Origin: Patescibacteria group bacterium | GTDB taxonomy: Bacteria; Patescibacteriota; JACPGU01 | Direction: 5' to 3' | DNA length: 64,000 nucleotides | NCBI GenBank assembly: GCA_028718745.1 | Contig: JAQULF010000002.1 | Location: 11,628 to 75,627 of the forward strand | Part shown: positions 45,939-55,363 of the stretch, piece after piece | Layout: each line of letters starts with the position of its first letter | How positions within the stretch are numbered: the first letter of the stretch is position 1 | Made by a program: the position numbers and the translations under genes | Notes under the pieces: model-generated | Seen by the model: only the letters and a program-made list of their open reading frames with translations | Database searches by the model: none | Told to the model about the DNA's origin: nothing

Positions 45939-46637
45939 TTATTTATCCACAGCCCCATTTCTCTTCTGGTAACGCTTCTTAGACCTAGATTCTAATAGAA
46001 TAATAGAAAAAGTGATAAAAAACAGAATGGTAAAAGCAATAAATAAAACAAATAAAATAACTCTTATAATAAGATGAATTTTATCAATAATCGAATCAAA
46101 GAGATTCTTGCCCAAATCGGTATCAGCAATAAAAAGCATTATTAAGATGAGCAAGGCGCACCAGAATAGAAATCGATAAATCTTTTTTCTGTTTATAAAA
46201 AAAGGATGATAAAATCTCCAGAATCTTATCTTTAGAGATTGAAACTTTTTTTCATCGATAATGCCAAATAGGATATCTTCGATTGCTTTTTTATAATTAT
46301 CAACTATTTCTCTGGCTTCATAAGGATCATCCGATTCAAAGCCTGCTTTATTCTTGAAGAGCAGTGCTCTTTCTCTGCTTTTCAAAAAAGTTTCCGGAGT
46401 TGACACTTCTTTTAAGGCCAGCAATATTTTTTCCTCAATGCTTTTTGCTTTATAGCCCCTTGCTTCTACCGTTCTTATAAAAACATTCTCGGCTTCTATT
46501 ACCGCCAGCTTCATACCATCTGAATTATCTTTCTTAATATATTTATCAACTTCTTCCCATTCGGATTTTATTAATTTTGTTTTATCTATCATATGATCTT
46601 CTTTAACTTTCTGAATGTTTTTTATCCAAATTAGCAA
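45939..46637 (-). CDS. Membrane-anchored hypothetical protein (C-terminal TM helices)
   Basis: 232 aa, in an operon downstream of dnaB with a 35-nt overlap. Confidence 0.4.
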   Translation of the reverse strand: MLIWIKNIQKVKEDHMIDKTKLIKSEWEEVDKYIKKDNSDGMKLAVIEAENVFIRTVEARGYKAKSIEEKILLALKEVSTPETFLKSRERALLFKNKAGFESDDPYEAREIVDNYKKAIEDILFGIIDEKKFQSLKIRFWRFYHPFFINRKKIYRFLFWCALLILIMLFIADTDLGKNLFDSIIDKIHLIIRVILFVLFIAFTILFFITFSIILLESRSKKRYQKRNGAVDK

Positions 46638-47961
46638 AACGCATTTGCTCGCTTACAAAATAAAGCGAAAGATCCCCCGTCGGACCGTTTCTGTGCTTGC
46701 GAACCAATATTTCAGCAATATTTGGTTTATCAGTATCTTTATTATAACAATACTCCCGATAAACAAACATCACCACATCGGCATCTTGTTCTATTGAACC
46801 AGATTCTCGAAGATCTGACAAAAGGGGTCTTTTGTCCGGTCGAGCTTCCACAGCGCGAGAAAGTTGCGAAAGGGCTAGAACTGGAACATCCAATTCGCGC
46901 GCCAAACCCTTCAAGGACCTGGATATTTCCGATACCTCTTGAACACGATTTTCGATATTACCTCCCCCTCCCATTAGTTGCAAGTAATCAACGATTATGA
47001 GCCCTAGTCCGCTTTCTGATTTTAGTCTTCTGGCTTTGGCTCTCATCTCCATTATGCTAATATTTGCCGAATCATCTATAAATATAGGAGCCCTATTCAA
47101 AATATCCATAGCTTCGCCTATTTTGGGAAAGTCGTCTTCAGCTAGTTCTCCAGTTCGTAACTTCCAGGCATTAACGCGAGCAGCAGAAGAAATTAATCTA
47201 TCAACTAATTGATCTTTGCTCATTTCTAAAGAAAAGATAGCAACGGGAATATTAACATTGACAGCCGCATTTAAAGCAACATTCAAAGCCAAGCTGGTCT
47301 TTCCCATCGATGGACGCGCCGCTAGAATTACTAAATCACTTTTCTGCAATCCTCCTAAAATAAAATCTAAATCATCAAAACCGGTAGCTACTCCCCGTAA
47401 TTCACCTTTATTCTTATGTAGATAGTCTATACGCTCAAAAGTTTCCGCCAGCATATTTTTCAAAGGGATAAAACCTTGTTTCATAGTTTTCTGCGCAACT
47501 TTGAAAAGCAACTGTTCAGCTGAATCCAGAGTGATGTCAATTTTCTCATCTTCCTGATAACCCATAGCAGAAATTTCATGGGCAGTGGTAATGAGATCCC
47601 GTAATATCTTTTTTTCTTTAACTATATTGGCGTACTGAACTATATGTGAAGCGGTTGGAACACTGTTTACTATTCTGGATAAATAGGTTGCGCCCCCGAC
47701 GCTATCTAAAACTCCTCTTCTCTCCAATATCTCTGTGATGGTAACCAAATCGATAGGACTCTTCTCGGCAAACAAAGTCAGAACCGCATCATAAATTTCT
47801 TTATTCGCCGGACTGTAAAAATCTTCCGGATTAGTAACATCCATTATTTTGTAAAGCCCTTCAGTATTAATAAAAACAGAACCCAGCAAAGCTTCTTCAG
47901 CTTCCAGATTGTGAGGTAAAACTTTATCCATACTTTTTTGAACTTCTTTTCTTTTTGCCAT
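46603..47961 (-). CDS. dnaB: Replicative DNA helicase DnaB
   Basis: 452 aa. N-terminal DnaB_N, Walker A 'ARPSMGKTSLAL', 'IIVDYLQLM', and a C-terminal arginine finger region. Confidence 0.95.
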   Translation of the reverse strand: MAKRKEVQKSMDKVLPHNLEAEEALLGSVFINTEGLYKIMDVTNPEDFYSPANKEIYDAVLTLFAEKSPIDLVTITEILERRGVLDSVGGATYLSRIVNSVPTASHIVQYANIVKEKKILRDLITTAHEISAMGYQEDEKIDITLDSAEQLLFKVAQKTMKQGFIPLKNMLAETFERIDYLHKNKGELRGVATGFDDLDFILGGLQKSDLVILAARPSMGKTSLALNVALNAAVNVNIPVAIFSLEMSKDQLVDRLISSAARVNAWKLRTGELAEDDFPKIGEAMDILNRAPIFIDDSANISIMEMRAKARRLKSESGLGLIIVDYLQLMGGGGNIENRVQEVSEISRSLKGLARELDVPVLALSQLSRAVEARPDKRPLLSDLRESGSIEQDADVVMFVYREYCYNKDTDKPNIAEILVRKHRNGPTGDLSLYFVSEQMRFANLDKKHSES

Positions 47962-47965
47962 ATTT

Positions 47966-49480
47966 TTATTCTACTAATTCTCCCCCAAAAACTTTTAATG
48001 CATCCGATATGGTATCGGTTTTTATCTTTTCTTTCTCACCTTTTTGAATAATAATTCTTTTTTCTTTTCCAAAAAATTCTTCAAACAAATTATTTATGAA
48101 AGCAAGGTTTTGTTTTTCATTCAAGCGATCAAAATAAAAACTGTTATAGATGTTAACCCTGACTGTCTCATTAAAATTTTCGTATTCACAGCCTTGCAAT
48201 GCCATATATAAAATCATTTTTTCATTCTTCATTTTTTCCAGAAATAAATTCCAACCATCTTTACCGCCAGTTTCTTTTATTTCTTCTTCTTTGCTTTTTT
48301 CAATCCTCTCCTCGCTTTCTTGCTTACTGTTTGTTTTTAGAACATTCTTTATCTCATTGACTATTTTTCCGGCAATGTTAGGGTTTTCTTTTTTTGTTGG
48401 AAAATCAATCTTGCCCGAAAAAGAAATGAATTTTATCATTTCTAATTCAAAAACTAATTGGGGTAAAAAAGAAAATTTGCTGTTTTTTACAACACTGTTC
48501 AAAACATCGGCGAGTCGAACAATTTGCTCCAAAGAAAAACCATTGGCAATTTCGGCTGCTTTTTCTGAATTAGAAAAATCACTTTGGATTTTATTATCAA
48601 TTTTCAGTATTAATAATTTTCTTAAAAAAATTATCAGATTTTTTAAAAAGCTTTCCATATCTTTACCATCATTTATTAAACCATCTGTGAAAGATATGAT
48701 TTTGCCGATATTCTCGCTTTGGATTAGTTTTAAGATTTCTAATAGCTGTTCTTCCTTTGAATAGCCTAATATATCTTCCAGAGTCTCTGAACTTATTGCA
48801 CCACCCGAAAAAGAATTGAGCTGATCGAGCGAAGAAAGCGCATCTCGCAAAGATCCCTCCGAAAGCGAAATAATTTTTTTCAAATCAGCTTCATCTATTT
48901 TTATGTTTTCTTTTTTGGTAATCTCTTTTATGCTATTAAACATTTTTTCAGATTCTATTTTGTGGAAATCAAATCTTTGGCAGCGAGAAAGTATCGTAGC
49001 GGGAATCTTGTGAATCTCCGTAGTCGCCAGGATGAATATCGCATGAGCCGGTGGCTCTTCCAAGGTTTTTAAAAGCGCGTTAAAAGCATCGGAGGTTAAC
49101 ATGTGCACTTCATCAATGATGTATATTTTGTATTTTCCAACATTGGGAGAAAACTTTATCTTTTCTCGCAGATCGCGAATATCATCAATGCCGCGATTGC
49201 TGGCAGCGTCTATTTCAATTAAATCTAAAAAACTACCTTGAGTCATTTCCTTACAAATTCGACACGCTCCACATGGTTCGCCATTTTTCTTGTCTTGACA
49301 ATTAATTGCCTTAGCAAATATTCTGGCAATTGAAGTTTTTCCCGTACCGCGCATACCGGCAAAGACATAGGCATGACCTATTTGGTCAGATTCTATTGCT
49401 CCACGCAAAGTCTGGACAATATGCTCCTGGCCGATTATCTCGTTAAATGTCTGCGGTCTGTATTTTCGGTATAAACTCAT
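47966..49480 (-). CDS. dnaX: DNA polymerase III subunit gamma/tau
   Basis: 504 aa. 'GMRGTGKTSIARIFAKAINC', Zn module 'CGACRIC', 'IDEVHML', SRC motif. Confidence 0.9.
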   Translation of the reverse strand: MSLYRKYRPQTFNEIIGQEHIVQTLRGAIESDQIGHAYVFAGMRGTGKTSIARIFAKAINCQDKKNGEPCGACRICKEMTQGSFLDLIEIDAASNRGIDDIRDLREKIKFSPNVGKYKIYIIDEVHMLTSDAFNALLKTLEEPPAHAIFILATTEIHKIPATILSRCQRFDFHKIESEKMFNSIKEITKKENIKIDEADLKKIISLSEGSLRDALSSLDQLNSFSGGAISSETLEDILGYSKEEQLLEILKLIQSENIGKIISFTDGLINDGKDMESFLKNLIIFLRKLLILKIDNKIQSDFSNSEKAAEIANGFSLEQIVRLADVLNSVVKNSKFSFLPQLVFELEMIKFISFSGKIDFPTKKENPNIAGKIVNEIKNVLKTNSKQESEERIEKSKEEEIKETGGKDGWNLFLEKMKNEKMILYMALQGCEYENFNETVRVNIYNSFYFDRLNEKQNLAFINNLFEEFFGKEKRIIIQKGEKEKIKTDTISDALKVFGGELVE

Positions 49481-49488
49481 GATGGTAA

Positions 49489-50760
49489 TTACTTATTCGT
49501 TATAATAAATACCGGCGAATCAGATATACCTACAACAACCGAGCCGTTTTCTTTTTTAGAAGTAATATCTGCTCCGACAAAATCAAGAATTTTAACATCA
49601 ATGGAACTATCAACCAGGGTTAGATTATCTAATCCGTTTATTTTCCAGACAACTCGGATTTTATAACCGCCTTTTATAAAATAAAAATCATAGAACCCAT
49701 TTTCCCCATTTATATTGGCGTTTTCAAATTGACTGCCTTCCAAAATGTTGATCAAATTTTTATATGCAAGGAAAGATTTCTTTTTTGTATAATCTTTATT
49801 TATTAAACCAAAATTATTTTCTCTGTCATTTTTGTTATCACCATCATTTCGCAAATCATACCAGAAAAGTTTTTTAACATTTGGAAATTGATAACTTATC
49901 AAATAAATGCGCGCGAGATATTTTGCCTGAATATCTTCACTTACCCCCTCTATGTTACCGGTCGGCCAGCCAAATTCGGTAAGCCAAATCGGTTTGCCGC
50001 CAAACTTTTCTGATAATTGCTGCGCATCTTTCATATTCTTTAAAAATTTTTCTTCCGGTGGAGAACGAAAATCAAAACTATATGGATGAACAGCTAAAAC
50101 ATCAAAGAAATTACCTGCCTCCAAATTATTTAGCTCTTCCAAATAACCAACATCTACTCCCGATGTACCGGCTAACACAACTTGCGCGCCTGGATCTTTT
50201 TGTTTAATTATCTCATGGGCGCTTTTTAGGAGCTCAAGATATTTGCCGGCATCCGGTTCCGGTTTGAAAAATACTGGCACATTTGGTTCGTTCCAGATTT
50301 GCCAATAGTGCACCTGGCCCTTATAACGATCCACAACTCTACCTACGAAATTCTGCCAATCAGCGATATTCGGCATATATTTGTCTGCATCAGTTCGGTT
50401 AGGATCACTTGTCGCCCAAGGAGCACTGTAGTCTAAAACTCCCAAAATACTTATGTTTAAAGACGAGAACTGACTTATAGCTTCATCATAGTCCTTCCAT
50501 TGAAAATCGCCCTTTGCGGGTTCAATGTCACGCCAGATAAATTCTTCCCTACTCCAACCAATCCCCAAGTCTTTCATTATATTAACAGGCTTGGACAGCT
50601 CTGATTGTTCATATCGATTTAGAACAAAGGCATTTACTCCAAACCTGGAATCTATCCCTTGGGTACGAGCACCAAAAGGAATTAAAAAAACTAAAAAAGA
50701 CGACAGCAATACACAAAAGACTAGAACTATCTTTCTTAGTTTCTTCATAATAACCTCCAC
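49489..50760 (-). CDS. Secreted glycoside hydrolase, clan GH-A (GH5-like)
   Basis: 423 aa with a signal peptide. Acid/base 'QIWNEPN' and nucleophile 'IWLTEFGWP'. Confidence 0.65.
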   Translation of the reverse strand: MEVIMKKLRKIVLVFCVLLSSFLVFLIPFGARTQGIDSRFGVNAFVLNRYEQSELSKPVNIMKDLGIGWSREEFIWRDIEPAKGDFQWKDYDEAISQFSSLNISILGVLDYSAPWATSDPNRTDADKYMPNIADWQNFVGRVVDRYKGQVHYWQIWNEPNVPVFFKPEPDAGKYLELLKSAHEIIKQKDPGAQVVLAGTSGVDVGYLEELNNLEAGNFFDVLAVHPYSFDFRSPPEEKFLKNMKDAQQLSEKFGGKPIWLTEFGWPTGNIEGVSEDIQAKYLARIYLISYQFPNVKKLFWYDLRNDGDNKNDRENNFGLINKDYTKKKSFLAYKNLINILEGSQFENANINGENGFYDFYFIKGGYKIRVVWKINGLDNLTLVDSSIDVKILDFVGADITSKKENGSVVVGISDSPVFIITNK

Positions 50761-50820
50761 CTAAAATATAATATCCTCCGCTAGAATTGTCTCACAAAAA
50801 GGGGGTAAAGGCAATGGAAA

Positions 50821-50892
50821 TACCGCTAAGGGGAATTGAACCCCTGTTGCCAGATTGAGAATCTGGTGTCCTAACCACTAGACGATAGCGGC
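50821..50892 (-). tRNA. tRNA-Glu (anticodon CUC)
   Basis: Reverse complement GCCGCUAUCGUCUAGUGGUUAGGACACCAGA-UUCUCAA-UCUGG...GGGGUUCAAUUCCCCUUAGCGGUA. Confidence 0.8.
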
Positions 50893-50898
50893 AAACAA

Positions 50899-51435
50899 CT
50901 AACCTAAATAAGGATTATCGGTCTGATTAATCTTTTTTAACCTTCCTTTGAGATCTAATTTTTGCAAATAGACAAAGACAGATGCAGATACTAACATGTC
51001 CCAGTCCTTGTTTCGCAAGATTCTGTTTCGAATCTCTGTGCCGGAATAAAATTTTCTTCTAAGCAATGGGTGGAAATCAACCATATAGCCAGCATCTTCA
51101 AAAAGTAATTTTGTAAAAGGACTCGCCGTTACAACAATGTCAAACCTGCCGGTCTTTTTTGCAACATAATCAGGCCACAAAGAATTAGTATTAATATCTG
51201 GAATAGATACAATTTTATACTGTTTTTTGGTCAACCCTATTTGTCGGAAAACTTTTTCCAGCATCTCTATTCTTTCTTTCTCGGTTAAAGGGTTTCTGGC
51301 AGTATAATCTTCCTGTGAACTCCCTATGGCAATTATCAAATAGCCGTACCGCTTTAACAGATAGCGAACAGCATAAAGATGTCCGAGGTGATACGGCTGA
51401 AAGCGACCAATAAAAAGAGCTTTTTTGTTTGCCAT
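50899..51435 (-). CDS. Nicotinamide/nicotinate-nucleotide adenylyltransferase (archaeal-type NMNAT)
   Basis: 178 aa. 'ALFIGRFQPYHLGHL' (HxGH) plus 'SxxxR'-type C-terminal motif. Confidence 0.8.
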   Translation of the reverse strand: MANKKALFIGRFQPYHLGHLYAVRYLLKRYGYLIIAIGSSQEDYTARNPLTEKERIEMLEKVFRQIGLTKKQYKIVSIPDINTNSLWPDYVAKKTGRFDIVVTASPFTKLLFEDAGYMVDFHPLLRRKFYSGTEIRNRILRNKDWDMLVSASVFVYLQKLDLKGRLKKINQTDNPYLG

Positions 51436-51448
51436 TTTTGTTTTTTGT

Positions 51449-52171
51449 TTATTTTAACATATTTTGCAAAATAATCCCAGTCGCCAGAATACAAGCTGTT
51501 TCACTTCTTAATATATTGTTTCCCAGGTTAAAAAATAGGAAATCTTCTTTTTTTATAAACTCAATTTCGGAATCGCTAAAATCCCCTTCCGGACCGACAA
51601 GTATATTAACATCTTTGCTCTTAGACTTGGTATCTAAAATATTTTTACCAGCCCCTATGGCAGCCACTAAATTAAGCTTGCCTCTCACTTCCTTAATCAT
51701 TTCCCTAAAACTAATCGGTTCCAAGATTTCCGGCAAATCCAATCGGCCGGACTGTTCGGCTGCTTCTTTAATAATTTTTTTATATCTCACAAGTTTTGCT
51801 GGCCTTATTTCGCGAATTATGGAGTGATCGAAAATAACCGGTTGAAAAAAACTAATGCCTAGTTCAGTACATTTTTCTAAAATAATTTCAAAATGATCGC
51901 CTTTGAGTGGTGAACAAAAAAGACCGACTTGAAAACCTCTTTTTATCGTTTTATTTTTAGCCAATACCTTGCCTTGAATTAAATTTTTTTCTATATTAGA
52001 AATCTCAACTAAAAATTCAGAATCCAACCCATCAAAAACATTTATTTGCGAACCAATATTCAATCGAAAAACATTTTTTATCTGATTTATAAGACCAGCA
52101 TCATTGCTTTCAAAAAGATTACTCTGAATATTGTTTGGATTAATTAAAAAACGATGATGATTTTTTTTCAT
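51449..52171 (-). CDS. rsmE: 16S rRNA m3U1498 methyltransferase RsmE
   Basis: 240 aa. PUA-like N-terminus and a SPOUT domain 'ILVGPEGDFSDSEIEF...NLGNNILRSETA'. Confidence 0.8.
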   Translation of the reverse strand: MKKNHHRFLINPNNIQSNLFESNDAGLINQIKNVFRLNIGSQINVFDGLDSEFLVEISNIEKNLIQGKVLAKNKTIKRGFQVGLFCSPLKGDHFEIILEKCTELGISFFQPVIFDHSIIREIRPAKLVRYKKIIKEAAEQSGRLDLPEILEPISFREMIKEVRGKLNLVAAIGAGKNILDTKSKSKDVNILVGPEGDFSDSEIEFIKKEDFLFFNLGNNILRSETACILATGIILQNMLK

Positions 52172-52244
52172 AAAATTATTCTAACTTAAAAAGGCCTTCT
52201 TTCAAAGCCCTTTCTAAGTTCCTCCTTCTATAATTTTCAAACAA

Positions 52245-52454
52245 TTAAACCTTCTTTACCATTGGAAGACCGGTTCGAGCATTCTCGATAGTCTTCATTC
52301 CTGCTGGCAATGCATCCAAAGCGAACTTTGGGTTCATTTTGTCCTTGCCTGAAAACCAGAAAATTCTCTGTTTTCGGCCGCCCTTTAGGATAACCTCCTT
52401 TGAGTGAAGGAAATAATCCTTTCCGCTCTTTTTGCTTTTTACGGTATAAGCCAT
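52245..52454 (-). CDS. Small basic hypothetical protein
   Basis: 69-aa ORF with a good context. No motif. Confidence 0.35.
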   Translation of the reverse strand: MAYTVKSKKSGKDYFLHSKEVILKGGRKQRIFWFSGKDKMNPKFALDALPAGMKTIENARTGLPMVKKV

Positions 52455-52586
52455 GTTACACCTCCTTGATCCCTTGGAAACTTTTCCACAGGGGTTTATT
52501 TATATTTAACCTCATTATACCTGTTGCCAACCTGATAGTCAAAATTTCCCAGGTTCAAAAAAAATCGTCATTTCGACAAACAAAAA

Positions 52587-52625
52587 AGCCTCTGAAAAAT
52601 GGCTTTGAGGGGCTTTTTTAGAAAA
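52587..52625. terminator. Bidirectional terminator-like hairpin
   Basis: aaaaaagcc...ggcttttt closing a 20-nt loop. Located between the LTD gene and the downstream small gene. Confidence 0.45.
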
Positions 52626-52631
52626 AACAAA

Positions 52632-53744
52632 TTAATAGCTATAAGCGTCTACCAATTTACCGCTAGCATCATATAAATATCCTGCCTCTCCCAATTTGTT
52701 CCAAACTGGTGTGGTGCTGTTGAAAAGGAATCTGCCTGAATTAGTAGTTACCCTTACTGTAGACCCGGGCGTTAATATATAGGAAGGAAAGGTGAAAGAA
52801 TTGCCATCACTATCAGAAATCGTCCAACCAGTAATGTCTTTATCGACATCACCCGTATTCTTTAATTCTATATATTCGTTGTATCCTGAAGCAGATGGGT
52901 CATTACTATATAATATATAGCTAATAATAACTTTGGACGGATAAATTATTAAGGGTTGAGGGTCTGTTTGATTCTGATTTGCTGATTGCTGATTTCCGTT
53001 TGTATTATTATCGGAATTAGAAGGGCTTGCCGAATTAGAATTATTGTTTGAATTGTTATTAGAATTGTTTTGGTTAGTTGAATTATTGTTTGTGCTCGTT
53101 TCTGTAACTAATTTAATGGTAATTTCTTGTTCTGTAGTCTTATCACCATTATCTGCCACTATCTTTATCTTATCTTCCCCCAAACTTAATTGGATTTTGG
53201 TTTCAAATTCACCTTCATCATTTACTGCAACCTTGTCACCATTTACAAGAATGTTTACTCCCGGATCCGTTTTACCTTTAACTGTTATTTCCTGATCTTT
53301 TTTTCCGGCAGCAACTTTGATCTCACTATTTTGGGTAGGCTCGGTTATCTCCAAAGAAGGGGGCTTGATTACATATTCAATCTGAATAGAAACTGGGTTA
53401 GACTTATTTGAATTTGGATCAAAAAAATCTATTTTATTGATTCCTTCACTTAATTCAGCAGAATAAGCAATACAACCTTTATTATCAACATCAACAAAAA
53501 TAGGATCATTGCCATTTAAAACAACTTTTATTTTAGAGTTAGGCTGGGCGCCACAGCCATTGATAACTTGAGTTTTATCATAAACAACGCCTGGTATATT
53601 CCCAACTGCAAAAGTCTTTTGATTCGGCGCTAAAACTTTGTAACCAAAGAAAATAATCAGCAATAGCAAAAGTAACAACAGCAATTTCCTACTTGTATGT
53701 TTCTGTTTATCTTCTGTAACTAAATTATCTAATTCGTCTGGCAT
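52632..53744 (-). CDS. Membrane-anchored surface protein with Ig-like region, N/S-rich linker and C-terminal lamin-tail domain (LTD)
   Basis: 370 aa. LTD signature 'YNEYIELKNTGDVDKDITGWTISDSDGNSFTFP'. Low-complexity linker NNNSTNQNNSNNNSNNNSNSASPSNSDNN. Confidence 0.65.
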   Translation of the reverse strand: MPDELDNLVTEDKQKHTSRKLLLLLLLLLIIFFGYKVLAPNQKTFAVGNIPGVVYDKTQVINGCGAQPNSKIKVVLNGNDPIFVDVDNKGCIAYSAELSEGINKIDFFDPNSNKSNPVSIQIEYVIKPPSLEITEPTQNSEIKVAAGKKDQEITVKGKTDPGVNILVNGDKVAVNDEGEFETKIQLSLGEDKIKIVADNGDKTTEQEITIKLVTETSTNNNSTNQNNSNNNSNNNSNSASPSNSDNNTNGNQQSANQNQTDPQPLIIYPSKVIISYILYSNDPSASGYNEYIELKNTGDVDKDITGWTISDSDGNSFTFPSYILTPGSTVRVTTNSGRFLFNSTTPVWNKLGEAGYLYDASGKLVDAYSY

Positions 53745-53772
53745 ATTTTTATTATATACTTTTTATATATAA

Positions 53773-54186
53773 CTACAATTTGAAGTCTTCAGGATTAAAT
53801 AGTTCTGCAAATTTTTGGATATTTATATGCAGATTCATATCCTTAAGTTCTTTTTTGGAAAAAAACTTAATATCTGTGCATTCATCCGATTTCGTGAAAT
53901 CCAGTGAATCTATTTCAACTTTATAGGCAATAAATAAGCGATGGTCCTTTTCTCTTTTTTGTTTCCAGACATAAATAGGTCTTTCGGTGATTTTAGTAAC
54001 ATTCACCCCCATTTCTTCTACAAATTCTCTTTTGAGACTATCAAATATCTCCTGATCAAATTCCAACCCACCGCCTGGCAATTCCCATCTACCATCCTTT
54101 TCTTGGACTAACAAAATCTTACCATCTCTAACAACTAAGCCTTTCGTAGAAACCCGATAAAAACATCTTGGTATGACATTATCCAT
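53773..54186 (-). CDS. NUDIX hydrolase
   Basis: 137 aa. Nudix box 'GGGLEFDQEIFDSLKREFVEEMGV'. Confidence 0.85.
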   Translation of the reverse strand: MDNVIPRCFYRVSTKGLVVRDGKILLVQEKDGRWELPGGGLEFDQEIFDSLKREFVEEMGVNVTKITERPIYVWKQKREKDHRLFIAYKVEIDSLDFTKSDECTDIKFFSKKELKDMNLHINIQKFAELFNPEDFKL

Positions 54187-54256
54187 TTTTTTATTTAATA
54201 ATAATTCTATTGTTCGAAATTAGCCTCTAATCATATTTTCCTAAGCTTTTTATATA

Positions 54257-54880
54257 CTAATTAAAAATCGCTTCTTCACCATCTCCAATAAAAGTGTATT
54301 TATTATCTTCTACTAAAATTCCCTGTCCATCTTTTAATATTCGGATTGGATATTGTAAAGTTTTTATTTTTTCTCTTACTTTTGATTCCTGCTCATCTTT
54401 ATAATGAACTTTTAATACAAAAGGAACATAATTTAAGGCGGTAAGATCAGTAACATCAAAACGCGGCTTGCCAGTTTCATCCCAATTGGAAACTTCTATT
54501 GTTGGACACATAATATAAGAGCCCGCGCTTGTACCAATATAAATCTTGCCTTCTTCCAATAATTCTTTTAGTATTTCCGCAAAACCGGTTTCTCTAATCG
54601 CTCTAATAAGATAAAAAGTATTACCCCCTTCCATATGAATAATATTTTTATCTTTAAAAAAGTTTTTTATTTCTTCTTTTGTTCTGCCTTCTATATCTAT
54701 CTCGTCAAAATTATAACCATTTTCTTTAATAACATATTTTAATTTTCGACTAAAATCTCCTCTATCACCCTTTGAGGCAGTGGTAATATAACCAATTTTC
54801 ATTTGGTCTTTTGGAATACCGGTTAAATCATAACCATATTTCAACAAAAAACTTAAATCTGATGCGAGAATTAATTTCAT
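54257..54880 (-). CDS. Peptidase S51 (dipeptidase E-like, class I glutamine-amidotransferase fold)
   Basis: 207 aa. 'IHMEGGNTFYL', 'IGTSAGSYIM'. Confidence 0.7.
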   Translation of the reverse strand: MKLILASDLSFLLKYGYDLTGIPKDQMKIGYITTASKGDRGDFSRKLKYVIKENGYNFDEIDIEGRTKEEIKNFFKDKNIIHMEGGNTFYLIRAIRETGFAEILKELLEEGKIYIGTSAGSYIMCPTIEVSNWDETGKPRFDVTDLTALNYVPFVLKVHYKDEQESKVREKIKTLQYPIRILKDGQGILVEDNKYTFIGDGEEAIFN

Positions 54881-54925
54881 AAATTATTTAAGCTGATTTT
54901 AATATTTGCTAAAAAATAACAACTG

Positions 54926-55010
54926 GGAGACTTGGACTCGAACCAAGGTTAACGGCTTCCCCGCTATTCAGCGGGGCAGGCGCCGGCCGCTGTACTATTT
55001 ACCCCGCCAC
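54926..55010 (-). pseudogene. tRNA-Gln-like pseudo-tRNA (intact 3' half; disrupted 5' half with a 25-nt insertion in the anticodon loop)
   Basis: The 3' 30 nt are identical to the adjacent tRNA-Gln(CUG) (GAAGCCGUUAACCUUGGUUCGAGUCCAAGU) and ACAGCGGCC is conserved. The 5' acceptor (GUGGCGG) cannot pair with the 3' strand UCUCCCA. GGCGCCUGCCCCGCUGAAUAGCGGG is inserted where the anticodon should be. Confidence 0.5.
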
Positions 55011-55016
55011 ATTTGG

Positions 55017-55087
55017 CTGAGGGACTTGGACTCGAACCAAGGTTAACGGCTTCAGAGGCCGCTGTCCTACCGCTAGACGATCCCTCA
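55017..55087 (-). tRNA. tRNA-Gln (anticodon CUG)
   Basis: Reverse complement UGAGGGAUCGUCUAGCGGUAGGACAGCGGC-CUCUGAA-GCCGU...CUUGGUUCGAGUCCAAGUCCCUCAG. Has a U1:A72 pair. Confidence 0.85.
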
Positions 55088-55126
55088 ATCAAATGTGGCA
55101 GGGCCGCTAGACGACCCTGTAAAGAA

Positions 55127-55354
55127 CTATTCAACTGCGTTGTTTTCTTTCTCTTTAGCTTTCCAAAACCATGAATAATAAACCAAAAGAATACAAATTA
55201 AAAAATTAACCAAAACCGCTGCCATTATTGAACCGAATCCAAATTCTAAACCCATAAATTTTACTGGTGTCATGTTTTCTGCAAGCAACCAGATGTTCCA
55301 TCCCATTTCGGTTAGCGTAGCTCCTACTAAAACTTTTGCGATGTCTTTAAGCAT
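55127..55354 (-). CDS. Small two-TM membrane protein
   Basis: 75-aa hydrophobic ORF, immediately downstream of gltX. Confidence 0.35.
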   Translation of the reverse strand: MLKDIAKVLVGATLTEMGWNIWLLAENMTPVKFMGLEFGFGSIMAAVLVNFLICILLVYYSWFWKAKEKENNAVE

Positions 55355-55363
55355 ATTTATAAT

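Noticed and set aside
45943-45951. Perfect DnaA box TTATCCACA near dnaB
   Set aside because: It is a single box overlapping the stop codon of a coding gene, with no cluster of boxes, no DUE and no dnaA gene nearby. That is insufficient to call an origin.
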